This document shows, piece by piece, positions 10,890 through 22,091 of a stretch of 64,000 nt of DNA. The translations under genes were made by a program, and so were the position numbers. The stretch lies in NCBI GenBank assembly GCA_015069385.1, contig SVIS01000005.1:627-64626 (forward strand). The letters run 5' to 3'. Position 1 is the stretch's first letter, and each line of letters starts with the position of its first letter. This DNA comes from Clostridiales bacterium (GTDB lineage Bacteria; Bacillota; Clostridia; Christensenellales; UBA1242). A model generated the notes under the pieces. That model made no database searches and was not told the origin of the DNA. It saw only the letters and a list, made by a program, of their open reading frames with translations.

Positions 10890-13346
10890 TTATTTTTTAC
10901 TTTTTTTATTTGAAGATATGTTAATTAAAGACTCACCTAATTGTTTTAAGAGTTCTGCATTTTGGTTATTAGCATCAGATTTTTTAGGTCTACCAACTTT
11001 ACGCTTTGGTGTTGCAGGCTCTTCTGTGGTTTGTTTTTTAGGCCTACCAACCTTTTTAGTTGCTGTAGGTTTAGTCTCTTCAACCTGTGTTTTTTTAGGT
11101 CTTCCTGCTTTCTTTTTTGCAGGCTCCTCTACTTTGGTTGAAGTTTTTGGTCTGCCAACCTTTTTAGCAGTAGTTTGTTCTACTGTTTCTTCTTTTTTAG
11201 GTCTACCGGCTTTACGTTTTGGAGTTTCTGGCGCACCACCTGCAGTTTTTCTTGGTCTGCCTGCCTTTTTCTTAGGTGTTTCTTCTTGTGCCTCAACCTG
11301 TTTTTTAGGCCTACCGGCTTTACGTTTTGGCTCAGCAGATTCTGATACTTGAGCACTTTCAGGTTGCTCTTCAACTTTTTCTTCTTCAGGCTGTTTAGGT
11401 TCTTCTATTTGTTTACCTTCGGTATTATATACTTTACCATCGGTATCATGATATAAATTATTTGCATCGTAATAAGTACCATCGGCATACTCACGAGTTT
11501 TTACATCTTGTGGTTTTACATCTTGAATAATGTTTAAACCTAAGTCATCAGTTGAATTAAATAATTCTTCTTCAAGTGGCTTTTCTTCTTCAGTAGGAGT
11601 GACTTCTTGTACTGCTGGAGCAGGTTCAGGTTGTTGTTCTTTAACTTCAACAACAGGTTCTTTTGCTGCTACTTCAGCAATAGTTGTTGCAACATCTTTT
11701 TTTACTTCTTTTTCTACCTCAACACCTGTTTGAAGTAAGTTACCTTCAGAATCAAACACATTGCCATCAAGGTCATGGTATAAATTATTTGCATCATAAT
11801 ATGTTCCATTATTAAACCAATAATAACCTTTTTCATCGTAATGACCTTGGCTATCGTCCTCAGTTTCTTGGGCAACAGGCTCTTGTTCAACTGTATTAAC
11901 TTGTTCAGCAACAAACTTTTCTCCTAAATATTCTTGAAGTTTAGTTGCAAGGTCTGCAATAGTTTGGTCTTTAGACCTAATTAATGCATCACGACTATCA
12001 ACTTCATTTTTAAGATATGTAATTGCTTGTGCATATTGATTTTTTTCGTTAGTAACTTGTTGAATACTTTCAACTTTGCTCTTTTCAACCTCATCAGAAA
12101 TAGTTTTATGTAATTTAGAAGAGAAAGTTTGATACTCGGCTTGCATAGCCTCTTGAACAGCATTTTTCTTTGTTTCGAGTTCTGTTCTTCTTTTTTCAAT
12201 TTCTTCATTTAAAGAGTTGATTTCAACATTAAATTTATTAGTTGCGTCTTCTTGATCTTTTTCAAGTTGTTCTTGTTTTTTAACTTCATCTTGTTGTTGT
12301 TTTCTAATATAGTTTACTTCAATACGGTTAGTAGACTCTTCTTGTTGTTGACGAAGCCTTTCCATATTTTCTTTAGATGCTTGAAGTTTACGTTGATAGT
12401 CTTTAGAAGTATTTTCATAATTTTTCTTTAAAGTAGAAATTTCTGATTCAAATTGTTGAATTTCAGTTAAAAGCCTTTGTTTAATGTTAATATAAGTTTC
12501 TGACTCTTTCATAGCACGCTCTAACACAAGTGCACCATCAACACCAGATTCAGAAAAGTTGTATTCTTCATGAGAAATTGCATTTCTTTGTGCTTCTTCA
12601 AGTTCTTCTTGTTCTTGTCTTGCACGTTTTTCTAAATATTCACCTAAAATTGGAATACCATCTTTAATTTCTTGTTTTGTAAATAAAATTTCAAAATCTA
12701 CATATTTTGGAATTGTTGTGCTGGCTTTATCTATATATCTATTAAACACATTAAATGTTTGATATAAAGTTGCAATATTATAGTTTTGCATTGCACGAAG
12801 AGCAAGTGTTAAAACTAAACCAATAAACAATATTAGTACTGATGCAACCATTGATTGTGTTAAATATGTTAAAATAGCATCGCTGCGACTTGCAAAACAA
12901 AGCATTGATAAAAAGAATGTTACAACTGCAGTTACTATATATATCATAGTAAAGTTTTTAATGTTAGATGTAAAACTACTTGTTTTAAGTGGTTTATCTA
13001 TACAATTATAGGTGCTCATATATTCGCTTGGTGCTTTATCGCGATAAAGCATATATTGTTGCCAATATTTACGCAATATTTTTGGTGAACGCCTATCCTT
13101 TATAATATTGTTAAATTCCACCAAGTTTTGGTCTGTAATGTTTTGGTTTTTAAATAGCCATTCATTTAATCTATCTGCTGTTTTATCTAATTTATATTCA
13201 TAAGATGTTCTTGACCTAATGAAGAAAAATAAAGACATTAAAAGCAAAAAGCCAACACCTATGTAAAATATAATATCAATTGTAAGTGTTGAACTAACTA
13301 AATCTGAAATGGCATTCCAAATTGTTTGAACTATACCGAGTTTCAT
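10890..13346 (-). CDS. Membrane protein with coiled coil, YYD repeats and seven AT-hook-like motifs
   Basis: 3 N-terminal TMs, long coiled coil, 2x GTYYDANNLYHD-DG, 7x K(A/V)GRP(K/R). Confidence 0.75.
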   Translation of the reverse strand: MKLGIVQTIWNAISDLVSSTLTIDIIFYIGVGFLLLMSLFFFIRSRTSYEYKLDKTADRLNEWLFKNQNITDQNLVEFNNIIKDRRSPKILRKYWQQYMLYRDKAPSEYMSTYNCIDKPLKTSSFTSNIKNFTMIYIVTAVVTFFLSMLCFASRSDAILTYLTQSMVASVLILFIGLVLTLALRAMQNYNIATLYQTFNVFNRYIDKASTTIPKYVDFEILFTKQEIKDGIPILGEYLEKRARQEQEELEEAQRNAISHEEYNFSESGVDGALVLERAMKESETYINIKQRLLTEIQQFESEISTLKKNYENTSKDYQRKLQASKENMERLRQQQEESTNRIEVNYIRKQQQDEVKKQEQLEKDQEDATNKFNVEINSLNEEIEKRRTELETKKNAVQEAMQAEYQTFSSKLHKTISDEVEKSKVESIQQVTNEKNQYAQAITYLKNEVDSRDALIRSKDQTIADLATKLQEYLGEKFVAEQVNTVEQEPVAQETEDDSQGHYDEKGYYWFNNGTYYDANNLYHDLDGNVFDSEGNLLQTGVEVEKEVKKDVATTIAEVAAKEPVVEVKEQQPEPAPAVQEVTPTEEEKPLEEELFNSTDDLGLNIIQDVKPQDVKTREYADGTYYDANNLYHDTDGKVYNTEGKQIEEPKQPEEEKVEEQPESAQVSESAEPKRKAGRPKKQVEAQEETPKKKAGRPRKTAGGAPETPKRKAGRPKKEETVEQTTAKKVGRPKTSTKVEEPAKKKAGRPKKTQVEETKPTATKKVGRPKKQTTEEPATPKRKVGRPKKSDANNQNAELLKQLGESLINISSNKKSKK

Positions 13347-13518
13347 TTGTTTTCTCCTTGCTATAAATTTTTAAATTCAACATTAGTATAACATATGAAA
13401 ATAATTTTAACTAATATTTTTAAATATTTTTTAATAATTTTTTTTGAATTTTTTGAATATTTTTTTAATATTAAAAAATCTCGAGTTTTAGCCCGAGATT
13501 TAAAGGTATTTTTATATT

Positions 13519-16500
13519 TTAATCATAATTTATAATATAATTTTGAGAAAGATTTAAAATTTGACTTTTAATATTAAAATTTTTAAACCTTTTAGATAAC
13601 GCAAGTTTATATAGTTCTATTTGTTTCTCATATTTTTGTTTTATTTGTTCATTTGATTTTTTAGATAATTTATAATCAAATAGTAATATTGTGTCTTTTT
13701 TTATAATTACCAAATCTATAATCCCCTGAACTAATATTTTATCTTCTTTATTGCCTCCTGCAACCTCTTTATAAGGCACATACATTACAAACTTTTGTTC
13801 TTTTAAAATAGTATCCTGGAAGTCAATATAACTCTTAATTAATAAAATATTTTTAAAAATATTTTCATAGGTAATATTATTAAATATTGCTATATCTTGC
13901 TCAGAAAAATTACACTCAATATAATCTTTAACATCGCCAACCGAATTTATTTCGTTAAAATCTATTTGTTGTAAAAGTAGATGATAGAGTGTTCCAATAT
14001 CGCTTGCTTTTTCTGATAAATGTTCTGCTAGTGTAAAATTTTGAGGAGCAAAATTAAGGCTAGCATCATTGTCAAATGCAAATTCTGACACTGAATTTTT
14101 TAAAGCGATTTCGCTTTTTTGATTACTTAAATCCATTTTTAAAAAATGAGATAACTTATTAATATTTATATCATCGTTTTGTTTAGCAAAAATATCTTTT
14201 TGTTCTTCAAAATTATCTATTACAACATTTTGTTTACTTATAACTAGTTTATTATTGTTATATAAATGTTGCTTTATTTCATTATTTTTATTTAATTCTT
14301 GTACTATGTTATCAGGCAAAGCCCCACAAATAAGTGATAAATAGTTATTTGTTGTTATTACCTGATAATCGTTTTTAAACTTAATAAAATTTTTTGCCAT
14401 TGTTCCACAAAGAATCAATTTGTTTTTGGCTCTTGTCATGGCAACATATAAAAGCCTTATTTTTTCGCTTAATTCTATTTCTTTATTTTTAAGTTTACAT
14501 GCACAATAAAATATGCCAGATGATGCAGTTCGGTCTTCGGTATCATAACTTTTAATACCAACACCTAACTCTTTATTTATTTTAATTTCTATGTGAGATG
14601 GTTCTTTAGTAAAATCAACGCCTAAAAAAGGTAAAATAACAACAGGATATTCTAACCCTTTTGATGAATGCATAGTTGTAATTTCTACGCATTTTGAAAA
14701 AGTTTTATTGGTTTCTACTTTTTCTTTACGTAAGGCTGTTTCTCGGTATGTTATGTAATTATATATATCATTATTATATTTTGAGTCGACAAAACTATTT
14801 ATATAATTTTGTATGTTTAATTTTCTTTCAGCATAGTCTTCATCTGTGGAAATGTTTAGTAAATAGTTGGTTTTTTTAATTATATTTTCTAACGCAAAAT
14901 ATATTCCAAAATATTTTACATTAAAAGTAAATTCATTTAACACTTCATAAAAATTATTAACTTTGCTACATAGTATTTTATTTGATTGAGCATATAAATT
15001 TAAACATTCATAAAAATATTTTTCTGATTGATAACTTTGTCTTATTTCTGCAAGTTCAGTGTCAGAAAAATTAAACAAAGCCGATGACAAAACAGAAAAC
15101 ATGGCATAGTCATCTTGTCTGTTTAGTGTTAATTTCAACAAATTGTACAAAACCAAATTATCATATGTGTCTTCTAAATTGTTATTTACATTTACAACGT
15201 AAGGTATGCCCAACAAATTAAAGTGTTTAATTAAGTTTTGCAAAAAGCCGCCACGTTTTAAAAGTAAGATGGTTATATCGTTATAGTCAATTTTTCTTAT
15301 TTTTCCCGTTTCTTTATCATATATTTCTTGTCCTAAAACCTGTAATATTTTATTACAAACAAACAAACTTTCTTTATCGTCTTGATTTTGCTCAGCCTGG
15401 CTTGGCAAGTTTTCTTTTACGCTATAAACATTTTTTATTTCTAACTTATCTGGCACTTCGGTTTCTTGCGAAATAATATTTAAATCTACACACACTTCAT
15501 TTTTTAGGTCCAGATAGTCGGCTTTTGGCTCAAACTGAGCTTTTTGTTTGTAATTTAATTTGCATGTTTGCTCTGTCATAATAATATTAAAAATTTCATT
15601 CACAAATTGTAAAATGTTTTTATTAGTTCTAAAATTACAATTTAACGTTTTTGCACTTGCATTGGTACTATTTTTAAAACCATTTTCAATATTTAAAAAT
15701 ATTTCCGGGTCAGATTGCCTAAATGCATAAATAGATTGTTTTGTATCCCCCACAAAGAACAAATTATTATTACCTAGTAAAAAAATTAATTTTTCTTGAA
15801 CATGATTTGCATCTTGAAATTCATCTACAAAAATATATTTATATGAATTTTTAATTTCTGTTCTAATTTGCTCATTTTGTAACAATGTTATGGCAAAACG
15901 TTCAATATCGTCAAAGTCAAACATATTAATTTTTGTTTTTTGTTCTAAATACTTTTCTTTAAACAAATTTAATAAAATAAATATGTTTTTTAATAAAATT
16001 TGACAATTTATATATGATTTTTCTATATTTTTGCTAGAAATTAAGTTTTTCTTAATATCATCAACGCATTTAACAAATGCTTTTTTTATGTTTAAAATTT
16101 CTTCTTTTAAACCAACCTCATCGTTTTTTTCTGCTCGCAAAATTCCAAACTCTAATACATATAAATAATCTACAAACTTTCCAAAATTTTGCTCACTAAT
16201 TAATTGTTGTAAAATTAATATAAAATTACCGATATATTTTGTATATTGACTAAATTCTAAAGATATACTTTTTTGCCTTAAATCTTCAAGTTGTAACCTA
16301 AAACTATAAAAAATAGAATTATAATATTGTTTTAAAAATTTTTCTGCAGGTTTTTCTTCAAAATTATATAAATTAAGGCTATTATCTATAAATTCTTGCT
16401 CATTTAAAATTGAAGTCATATAACTATAAATTTCAAGAATAATTTGCTTAATATTTTCCTCATCTCGTTTTGAAGAAAGATTATCTATTAAATTTTCGAA

Positions 16501-16953
16501 AACTTCTGGAGAATTTGCCTTTATTTCATCTAGGGCCCTATTTAACGCCTCTGCCTGAAAATATTTTTGCTCGCCACCTTCTAAAATTCCAAAAGATGGG
16601 TCAATATTTAAAATATAAAAATATTTTTTAACCAATTTTTGACAAAAACTATCAAATGTAGAAATATCGGCATTTTGTATAAGATCTAGTTCCTCTTGCA
16701 AAAATTCATATTTTTTTAGGTTATCTTTTAATTTATCAAGCAACTTTTTTTTCATTTCTTCGGCAGCAGATTTTGTATATGTTAAAACCAGAAGTTCATT
16801 AACATGACAACTTCTATCTAAAATATATTTTAATATTTTTCGTATCATAACAGTAGTTTTCCCACTACCTGCCGAAGCTGACACAATTAAACTTTTACCA
16901 GTTTCGTTTAATATATCTTCTTGTTCAGCAATTTTTAACTGCTTAGTTTCCAT
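13519..16953 (-). CDS. addA: ATP-dependent helicase/nuclease subunit A
   Basis: SASAGSGKT, DEFQD, VGDTKQSIYAFR, TMHSSKGLEY, LLYVAMTRAK, C-terminal QGIIDL..DYK nuclease; start moved to METKQ with GGAG RBS. Confidence 0.93.
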   Translation of the reverse strand: METKQLKIAEQEDILNETGKSLIVSASAGSGKTTVMIRKILKYILDRSCHVNELLVLTYTKSAAEEMKKKLLDKLKDNLKKYEFLQEELDLIQNADISTFDSFCQKLVKKYFYILNIDPSFGILEGGEQKYFQAEALNRALDEIKANSPEVFENLIDNLSSKRDEENIKQIILEIYSYMTSILNEQEFIDNSLNLYNFEEKPAEKFLKQYYNSIFYSFRLQLEDLRQKSISLEFSQYTKYIGNFILILQQLISEQNFGKFVDYLYVLEFGILRAEKNDEVGLKEEILNIKKAFVKCVDDIKKNLISSKNIEKSYINCQILLKNIFILLNLFKEKYLEQKTKINMFDFDDIERFAITLLQNEQIRTEIKNSYKYIFVDEFQDANHVQEKLIFLLGNNNLFFVGDTKQSIYAFRQSDPEIFLNIENGFKNSTNASAKTLNCNFRTNKNILQFVNEIFNIIMTEQTCKLNYKQKAQFEPKADYLDLKNEVCVDLNIISQETEVPDKLEIKNVYSVKENLPSQAEQNQDDKESLFVCNKILQVLGQEIYDKETGKIRKIDYNDITILLLKRGGFLQNLIKHFNLLGIPYVVNVNNNLEDTYDNLVLYNLLKLTLNRQDDYAMFSVLSSALFNFSDTELAEIRQSYQSEKYFYECLNLYAQSNKILCSKVNNFYEVLNEFTFNVKYFGIYFALENIIKKTNYLLNISTDEDYAERKLNIQNYINSFVDSKYNNDIYNYITYRETALRKEKVETNKTFSKCVEITTMHSSKGLEYPVVILPFLGVDFTKEPSHIEIKINKELGVGIKSYDTEDRTASSGIFYCACKLKNKEIELSEKIRLLYVAMTRAKNKLILCGTMAKNFIKFKNDYQVITTNNYLSLICGALPDNIVQELNKNNEIKQHLYNNNKLVISKQNVVIDNFEEQKDIFAKQNDDININKLSHFLKMDLSNQKSEIALKNSVSEFAFDNDASLNFAPQNFTLAEHLSEKASDIGTLYHLLLQQIDFNEINSVGDVKDYIECNFSEQDIAIFNNITYENIFKNILLIKSYIDFQDTILKEQKFVMYVPYKEVAGGNKEDKILVQGIIDLVIIKKDTILLFDYKLSKKSNEQIKQKYEKQIELYKLALSKRFKNFNIKSQILNLSQNYIINYD

Positions 16954-19900
16954 TTTGTATCTCCAAAAATTTTTCCGGAATAACATTATATTTTTCAGTT
17001 CTTACAACTTTTTCATTAAAAGCAAACTTACATATCTTATTAAACTCACAAATTTTGCAACGTTGTTCTATTGGCGAACACTCAACATATCCACTTTTAA
17101 TATCACTGATACTCTTTTTTACAAGTTCCTGTGCATAAGAACAATAAGACATTAAAACCTGATACGGCAATATATTTTGTTTTTTTCTAAGTGTTATTTC
17201 ACCATCATTTTTAATTTTTGCTAAAGAAACATTCAAAACTTCCGATTTTCCATTTTGCAAAAGTGTGTTATCAGCAAGCATTGCAAGGCTGGCATTGTTT
17301 TCTAAAAAACCACTAAATTTATATGCAGATTCACCATCTTTATTAAAACCGTTTTTAATAGGTAAATAAAAAGCACCAAATAATTTTTTATTCATATTAC
17401 AAGCCACAGCCTTAGCATATATAAACAATTGAATTTTTGTACCATAGTATAACTGCTCTGCCCCTTTAGAATTACTTGCATTACCAGTTTTATAATCAAT
17501 AATTCTAAAGGAATCCTCGGCAACATCAATTCTATCAACAAAACCAGAAATTTTATATTTTTCGCCCTCAACCTCTATTTCTAGTGGTTTAAAACCAGTT
17601 TCTCCACCAAAATATTTTTCTGCATACTTTGGTTTAAAGAAAGAAATTTTTTGTTCGTAATTTATAAAATTACAAAAACGCAAACCTTCTTTTTTTAATA
17701 ACTTTAATAAGAATTTGTTTTCTTTTAGTAAAAGTGCAAAATATTGCTCATTTTTTAAAATTTGCTCAATTATTTCTTGAACATTTTTTTCTATATATGC
17801 CTCGCTTAAATTACCAAGTTTGTTTAAATTATGTTTAACAAATACTTCACCAACCTCATGAATAAAGGTTCCAATAATATTAGCCTCAATTTTTTCTTTT
17901 TGTTGCTTTTGAAGTTTTAGGGCATTTGCTAAAAATGCGGATTTAGGACAACCATTATATTTTTCTATAATAGAAATAGATGCTTTGCCATCTTTGAAAA
18001 ACAATTTTGAAAAATTTATTTTTAAGTCGGAATAATTAAACAAGTTTATATTTTGTTTAAAAGTAATAGCATTTTTTATAATTGCCCGAAAATTATGTAA
18101 TAAAACATCATTTAGTTGCAGGCTTGCGTTATATTCATCTTGTAGGTTAAAACATAATTTATTTATTAATTTTTGCTCGTTCTCTATTTCATCAACAATT
18201 TTTAAACTTGCGGAAGAAATTTCTTTATTTTCAAATAAATATTTTAATTCCGAAACAAATTCGTTTGGCTGAGCAGGCCTTGAATCACTCGAATAAACAT
18301 GATAACTCAAAAAACACTTTGTTTTTGCAGATAATAAAATTTCAAACAATTTAAATTTATTTCTTTTATTAATAATTTGTGTTGTTGGTTCTAAATTAAC
18401 TTTAATTGTTTCACTGCATATTTCTTTGTCTGATATTAAACCCAAGTCAGATATACAAATTGGCAAAATTCCTTCGTTCATACCTAATATAAAGATATAT
18501 TTTTTATTGCCATAAAAACTTTTAGTGTCACCAATAAAAATCTGGTTTATACCACTTGGCACAGCAGAAATTTCGCACTCGGTTAAAACCTTTTCTAATA
18601 TCTTTAAAAAATCATCATAATTAACATTATTTTTAATGCAATTTTCTATAGCATTTAAACAATCACTTAACTTGTCCTCAATTTGCAAATATGTTTTATG
18701 AAGCAAAATATGACCTTTTTTTTCAAAAAAATCACACTTTTTGACAATTTTTTCTTTAATTTTTGTGTTTTCAATAATATGTTTAAATATATTAATATAT
18801 TGCGAAACATCACTATTTTTTGGTATTTTTATATTTTCTAAAAAATTAAAATAATTAATAGTTTTTTCATCTTCTATTTTTGCATATTTTTTTAAAGATT
18901 CTAATTTACCGTATTTAATTATCAACGTTAGAATTTGCTCTTGTTGTATTTTGTCTAAATCACAAAAATCGTTAGCAAAAATATAATTTAAAATTTTATT
19001 ATCGTTTGTTGCTGCAAATTTAAAAATATTAAATAAATATTTTACTACTTCTAATTCTAATAAATTTATTGTACTATCACAAAAAACATCAATATTTAAA
19101 TTAGACAATTTACTGTTTAAAATTTTATGATATTGCACAGGAGCACACACAGCAATATCATTAAATTTTAAATTATTTGTTTTAAGCAAATAATTTATTT
19201 GTTTAACACAAATTTCAATCTCTTCTGAAAACGAATTAGATTTATATATATTAAAATATTCATTTTCAAAATCATATTTATTTTTCCTAGAAAACAAATT
19301 ATTCAAAATAATATTTTTATTTGTGTTTTCTAAAGGAAAATTATTCCAAACAGTTTCACATTCGATTTGTTCTTGTTTACACATATTTATTATTGAATCT
19401 AAAAAAGTTTGGTCATAAATTCTATAATTATTTTGATTATTTGGTGCAACAACAGCAATTTGTGAGTAGTTTGCATTTTTTGCAATATTTTTTAATAATT
19501 GTAAACCTTGTTTTGTTAAAGAATCAAAACCTACAAAAAAAACATTACAGTTTTTTAAAAATTCAGATTTTATTGCAACCGAATTAAATAAGTTGATTAA
19601 CTCACCACTATCAATTTTTCCGGCCAATAATTTTTGATATTCACAATAAATTAATTTAATATCTTCAAATTTTAATTTAGTTCCTAAAGTTGCATTTTCA
19701 TCTATTAAATCTTCAATTTTTGCATTAGATGATTTTATTTGTTCAATTTTTGCATATATTTCATCTACAAAACCTAAAGTATAATTTTTAGAAAAACACT
19801 TAAAACCTTCTTTAACATTTTGTATTGCATTTAACACAATTAACTTTGACTCAATCGCAGTGCACTCTAAAAATTGCAAATTGTTTTCTTTAATTATTTT

Positions 19901-20116
19901 ATTTGCAAATTTTGATATACCCATTACCGAAATATTAAAATATGCATCTATATTTAATGCAGAAAAAATTGTTTGTTCAGTAAGCAAACTCAATTTATCT
20001 GGTACAATAATTATATTCTCTTTAGAAATATCATCAACAAATGGTTTTATTGATGATATTGAATATTCAAACAATCCGCCCGTTCTATTTGCAATTAAAA
20101 TTTTTAATTTATTCAT
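16943..20116 (-). CDS. addB: ATP-dependent helicase/nuclease subunit B
   Basis: IIVPD motif, GFVDRID..IIDYKTG nuclease, QLFIY, Fe-S cysteines; overlaps addA. Confidence 0.9.
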   Translation of the reverse strand: MNKLKILIANRTGGLFEYSISSIKPFVDDISKENIIIVPDKLSLLTEQTIFSALNIDAYFNISVMGISKFANKIIKENNLQFLECTAIESKLIVLNAIQNVKEGFKCFSKNYTLGFVDEIYAKIEQIKSSNAKIEDLIDENATLGTKLKFEDIKLIYCEYQKLLAGKIDSGELINLFNSVAIKSEFLKNCNVFFVGFDSLTKQGLQLLKNIAKNANYSQIAVVAPNNQNNYRIYDQTFLDSIINMCKQEQIECETVWNNFPLENTNKNIILNNLFSRKNKYDFENEYFNIYKSNSFSEEIEICVKQINYLLKTNNLKFNDIAVCAPVQYHKILNSKLSNLNIDVFCDSTINLLELEVVKYLFNIFKFAATNDNKILNYIFANDFCDLDKIQQEQILTLIIKYGKLESLKKYAKIEDEKTINYFNFLENIKIPKNSDVSQYINIFKHIIENTKIKEKIVKKCDFFEKKGHILLHKTYLQIEDKLSDCLNAIENCIKNNVNYDDFLKILEKVLTECEISAVPSGINQIFIGDTKSFYGNKKYIFILGMNEGILPICISDLGLISDKEICSETIKVNLEPTTQIINKRNKFKLFEILLSAKTKCFLSYHVYSSDSRPAQPNEFVSELKYLFENKEISSASLKIVDEIENEQKLINKLCFNLQDEYNASLQLNDVLLHNFRAIIKNAITFKQNINLFNYSDLKINFSKLFFKDGKASISIIEKYNGCPKSAFLANALKLQKQQKEKIEANIIGTFIHEVGEVFVKHNLNKLGNLSEAYIEKNVQEIIEQILKNEQYFALLLKENKFLLKLLKKEGLRFCNFINYEQKISFFKPKYAEKYFGGETGFKPLEIEVEGEKYKISGFVDRIDVAEDSFRIIDYKTGNASNSKGAEQLYYGTKIQLFIYAKAVACNMNKKLFGAFYLPIKNGFNKDGESAYKFSGFLENNASLAMLADNTLLQNGKSEVLNVSLAKIKNDGEITLRKKQNILPYQVLMSYCSYAQELVKKSISDIKSGYVECSPIEQRCKICEFNKICKFAFNEKVVRTEKYNVIPEKFLEIQNGN

Positions 20117-20197
20117 AACTACATTTTATCACTTTATACTACAAATTTCAAATTTTGTATTGATATTAATTTAATTATAAATAATTCAAAAAAACTG

Positions 20198-20226
20198 TTG
20201 ACAAAATTACAGTTTATAAGTATAAT
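20198..20226 (+). promoter_or_regulatory. SigmaA promoter of tRNA pair
   Basis: TTGACA-N17-TATAAT. Confidence 0.9.
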
Positions 20227-20243
20227 AGCAAAGTAGTTTATAT

Positions 20244-20320
20244 GGCGGCGTAGCTCAGTTGGCTAGAGCGTACGGTTCATACCCGTAAGGTCAGTGGTTC
20301 GACCCTACTCGCCGCTACCA
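20244..20320 (+). tRNA. tRNA-Met (CAT)
   Basis: GGCGGCG acceptor stem, TT-CAT-AC anticodon loop, GGTTCGA, CCA end. Confidence 0.93.
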
Positions 20321-20326
20321 AATTAT

Positions 20327-20401
20327 GGCCTCGTGGTAAAAAGGTTAATACAACGCCCTTTCACGGCGTAGTTATGGGTTCGATTCCCGTCGAGGTCACC
20401 A
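20327..20401 (+). tRNA. tRNA-Glu (TTC)
   Basis: GGCCTCG/CGAGGTC stem, CT-TTC-AC loop, GGTTCGATTCC, CCA end. Confidence 0.93.
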
Positions 20402-20404
20402 ATT

Positions 20405-20432
20405 AGCAAAGCATTAGCTTTGCTTTTTTTTA
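20405..20432 (+). terminator. Intrinsic terminator after tRNAs
   Basis: AGCAAAGC-ATTA-GCTTTGCT plus T-tract. Confidence 0.8.
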
Positions 20433-20498
20433 TTACAAATTTTATTTTCACATTACAAAAAAGCATTCAAAACATGTTTGAATGCTTAAATGAAATAA

Positions 20499-20882
20499 TT
20501 ATTTAGTTATTGAGCTTTCATCTTCTACAACAATTGGTCCTTTATCCCAAAATATAGTAGAAACATTTTTTTCACCATTTGGATAATTTATAACAAGAGT
20601 TGAAACGTTAGAAGTTTTAGTTTGTTTTAATCTCATAATCCACGAGTTAGAATAAACATCTGAAATTGTTTTTGCTTGTTTACAAGGGATACTAAATTTT
20701 GCAATTATTGAATTTGCAAGTAATACAATTTTTTCATCAAGTGGTGAAATATTTTTAGTATACCAATCCCTTTCTTCTGGATAATTGCTAAGTTCTGCCC
20801 AAGACTCTTTTTTGCAATGTTCTTGAATTTTTGTATCTCTCTCATTAATTAAGTTTAAAAAATCATTTACTCTATTAGCCAT
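20499..20882 (-). CDS. Hypothetical protein
   Basis: 127 aa, AGGAG RBS, own sigmaA-like promoter; ends EDESSITK. Confidence 0.65.
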   Translation of the reverse strand: MANRVNDFLNLINERDTKIQEHCKKESWAELSNYPEERDWYTKNISPLDEKIVLLANSIIAKFSIPCKQAKTISDVYSNSWIMRLKQTKTSNVSTLVINYPNGEKNVSTIFWDKGPIVVEDESSITK

Positions 20883-20981
20883 TAGTTATCTCCTATTTGA
20901 TTATATTATATCAAATATAAAATAAAAATCAATACGTATTTATAAAATAAATTTTTCTATTTTTTATAGCGCAAACGTAAA

Positions 20982-21659
20982 TTATTTTTTTAAAAAGTCA
21001 ATTACCCTTTTGCATACTAAATCTTTAATTTCGGAAATAGATTTAATTCTGTCTCCATCAGTACATTCAATTGTTATAAATGATTGCATTTTTATAATTT
21101 CCAAGTATGTTTCCTCAGATTTACTTAAATAGTTTTCTGCCTGTTCGTGTTGGTCTGGCCTTTCTGCCCTGTCTGCTTTTAATAATTTACTAGCCCATAT
21201 TGGCATATGCAAAAACAAACTCAAATCGGGCTTTGGCAAATTTAAAAGACCATATTCTAATTTATCAACAAAATCTAAGAATTTTTTTCTTTCAGTTCCT
21301 TCATATTTTGCACCCTGATGCGCCATGTTTGATGCAACATATCTATCTAAAACAACATTATATCCCTCATTAAGATATTCTATAATTTGCTTAATATTAT
21401 ATTTTCTATCCATAGCATATAATAACGATGCACAATAAGGATCAACATTAGTAGCGCCCTCATCAAATACTGGATCCATATACCCTTCTTTACCCAAATA
21501 AGCACCAGCAATTATTTTTCCTGTAGGCGAATTGTAGTTTGGAAAAGCACACTTAATTGACATATATCCATTTTGATTTAAAAAGTCTACCAATGAATTG
21601 GCTTGCGTTTCTTTACCTGAACAATCGGTACCTTCAATAACAATTAACTTTCCTTTCAT
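20982..21659 (-). CDS. tmk: Thymidylate kinase
   Basis: IEGTDCSGKETQ P-loop, FPNY, LDRY, PKPDL. Confidence 0.88.
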   Translation of the reverse strand: MKGKLIVIEGTDCSGKETQANSLVDFLNQNGYMSIKCAFPNYNSPTGKIIAGAYLGKEGYMDPVFDEGATNVDPYCASLLYAMDRKYNIKQIIEYLNEGYNVVLDRYVASNMAHQGAKYEGTERKKFLDFVDKLEYGLLNLPKPDLSLFLHMPIWASKLLKADRAERPDQHEQAENYLSKSEETYLEIIKMQSFITIECTDGDRIKSISEIKDLVCKRVIDFLKK

Positions 21660-21743
21660 ATTTCCTCCATAATAATCATAAACTTATTACAAAAGTTTAC
21701 AATAATAAGTATACAATAATGGAGTAAAAAATGCCATCAATAT

Positions 21744-22091
21744 TTAAAATTTTAATTCTTTTAGACTCTCAATAGCATAATTCATAAGTTCATTTATAAA
21801 TCTATTTTTTAATGAATACTTTATTATTTTACCATCTCTTCTAGCCTCAACAATTTCTTGATTTTTTAAATATTTTAATTGGTGACTAATTGTTGTTTGA
21901 TTTATGTCTAAAACATTTGCTAAATCATTAACGCACAACTCATTTATGCTTAGCGCCGATATGATTTTGAGCCGAGTAGAATCGGAAAAGTTTTGAAAAA
22001 AACAAGCCATGTCATTCAATTTTTTATCAGACGGCATGTAGTTATTAATTTCATTTTCTTCTACAATATTTAATAATATGTAATCACCCAT
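21744..22091 (-). CDS. ArsR/SmtB family metalloregulator
   Basis: DSTRLKII..L...ELCVNDLA....QTTISHQL; start at MGDY with AGGAGG RBS. Confidence 0.9.
   Translation of the reverse strand: MGDYILLNIVEENEINNYMPSDKKLNDMACFFQNFSDSTRLKIISALSINELCVNDLANVLDINQTTISHQLKYLKNQEIVEARRDGKIIKYSLKNRFINELMNYAIESLKELKF

Noticed and set aside
10918-11352. 144-aa FLGLP-repeat ORF
   Set aside because: Antisense shadow of the GRPKK repeats.
6601-13346. Complete ICE or prophage
   Set aside because: No integrase, relaxase, VirB4/VirD4, phage structural genes or att sites visible in the window.
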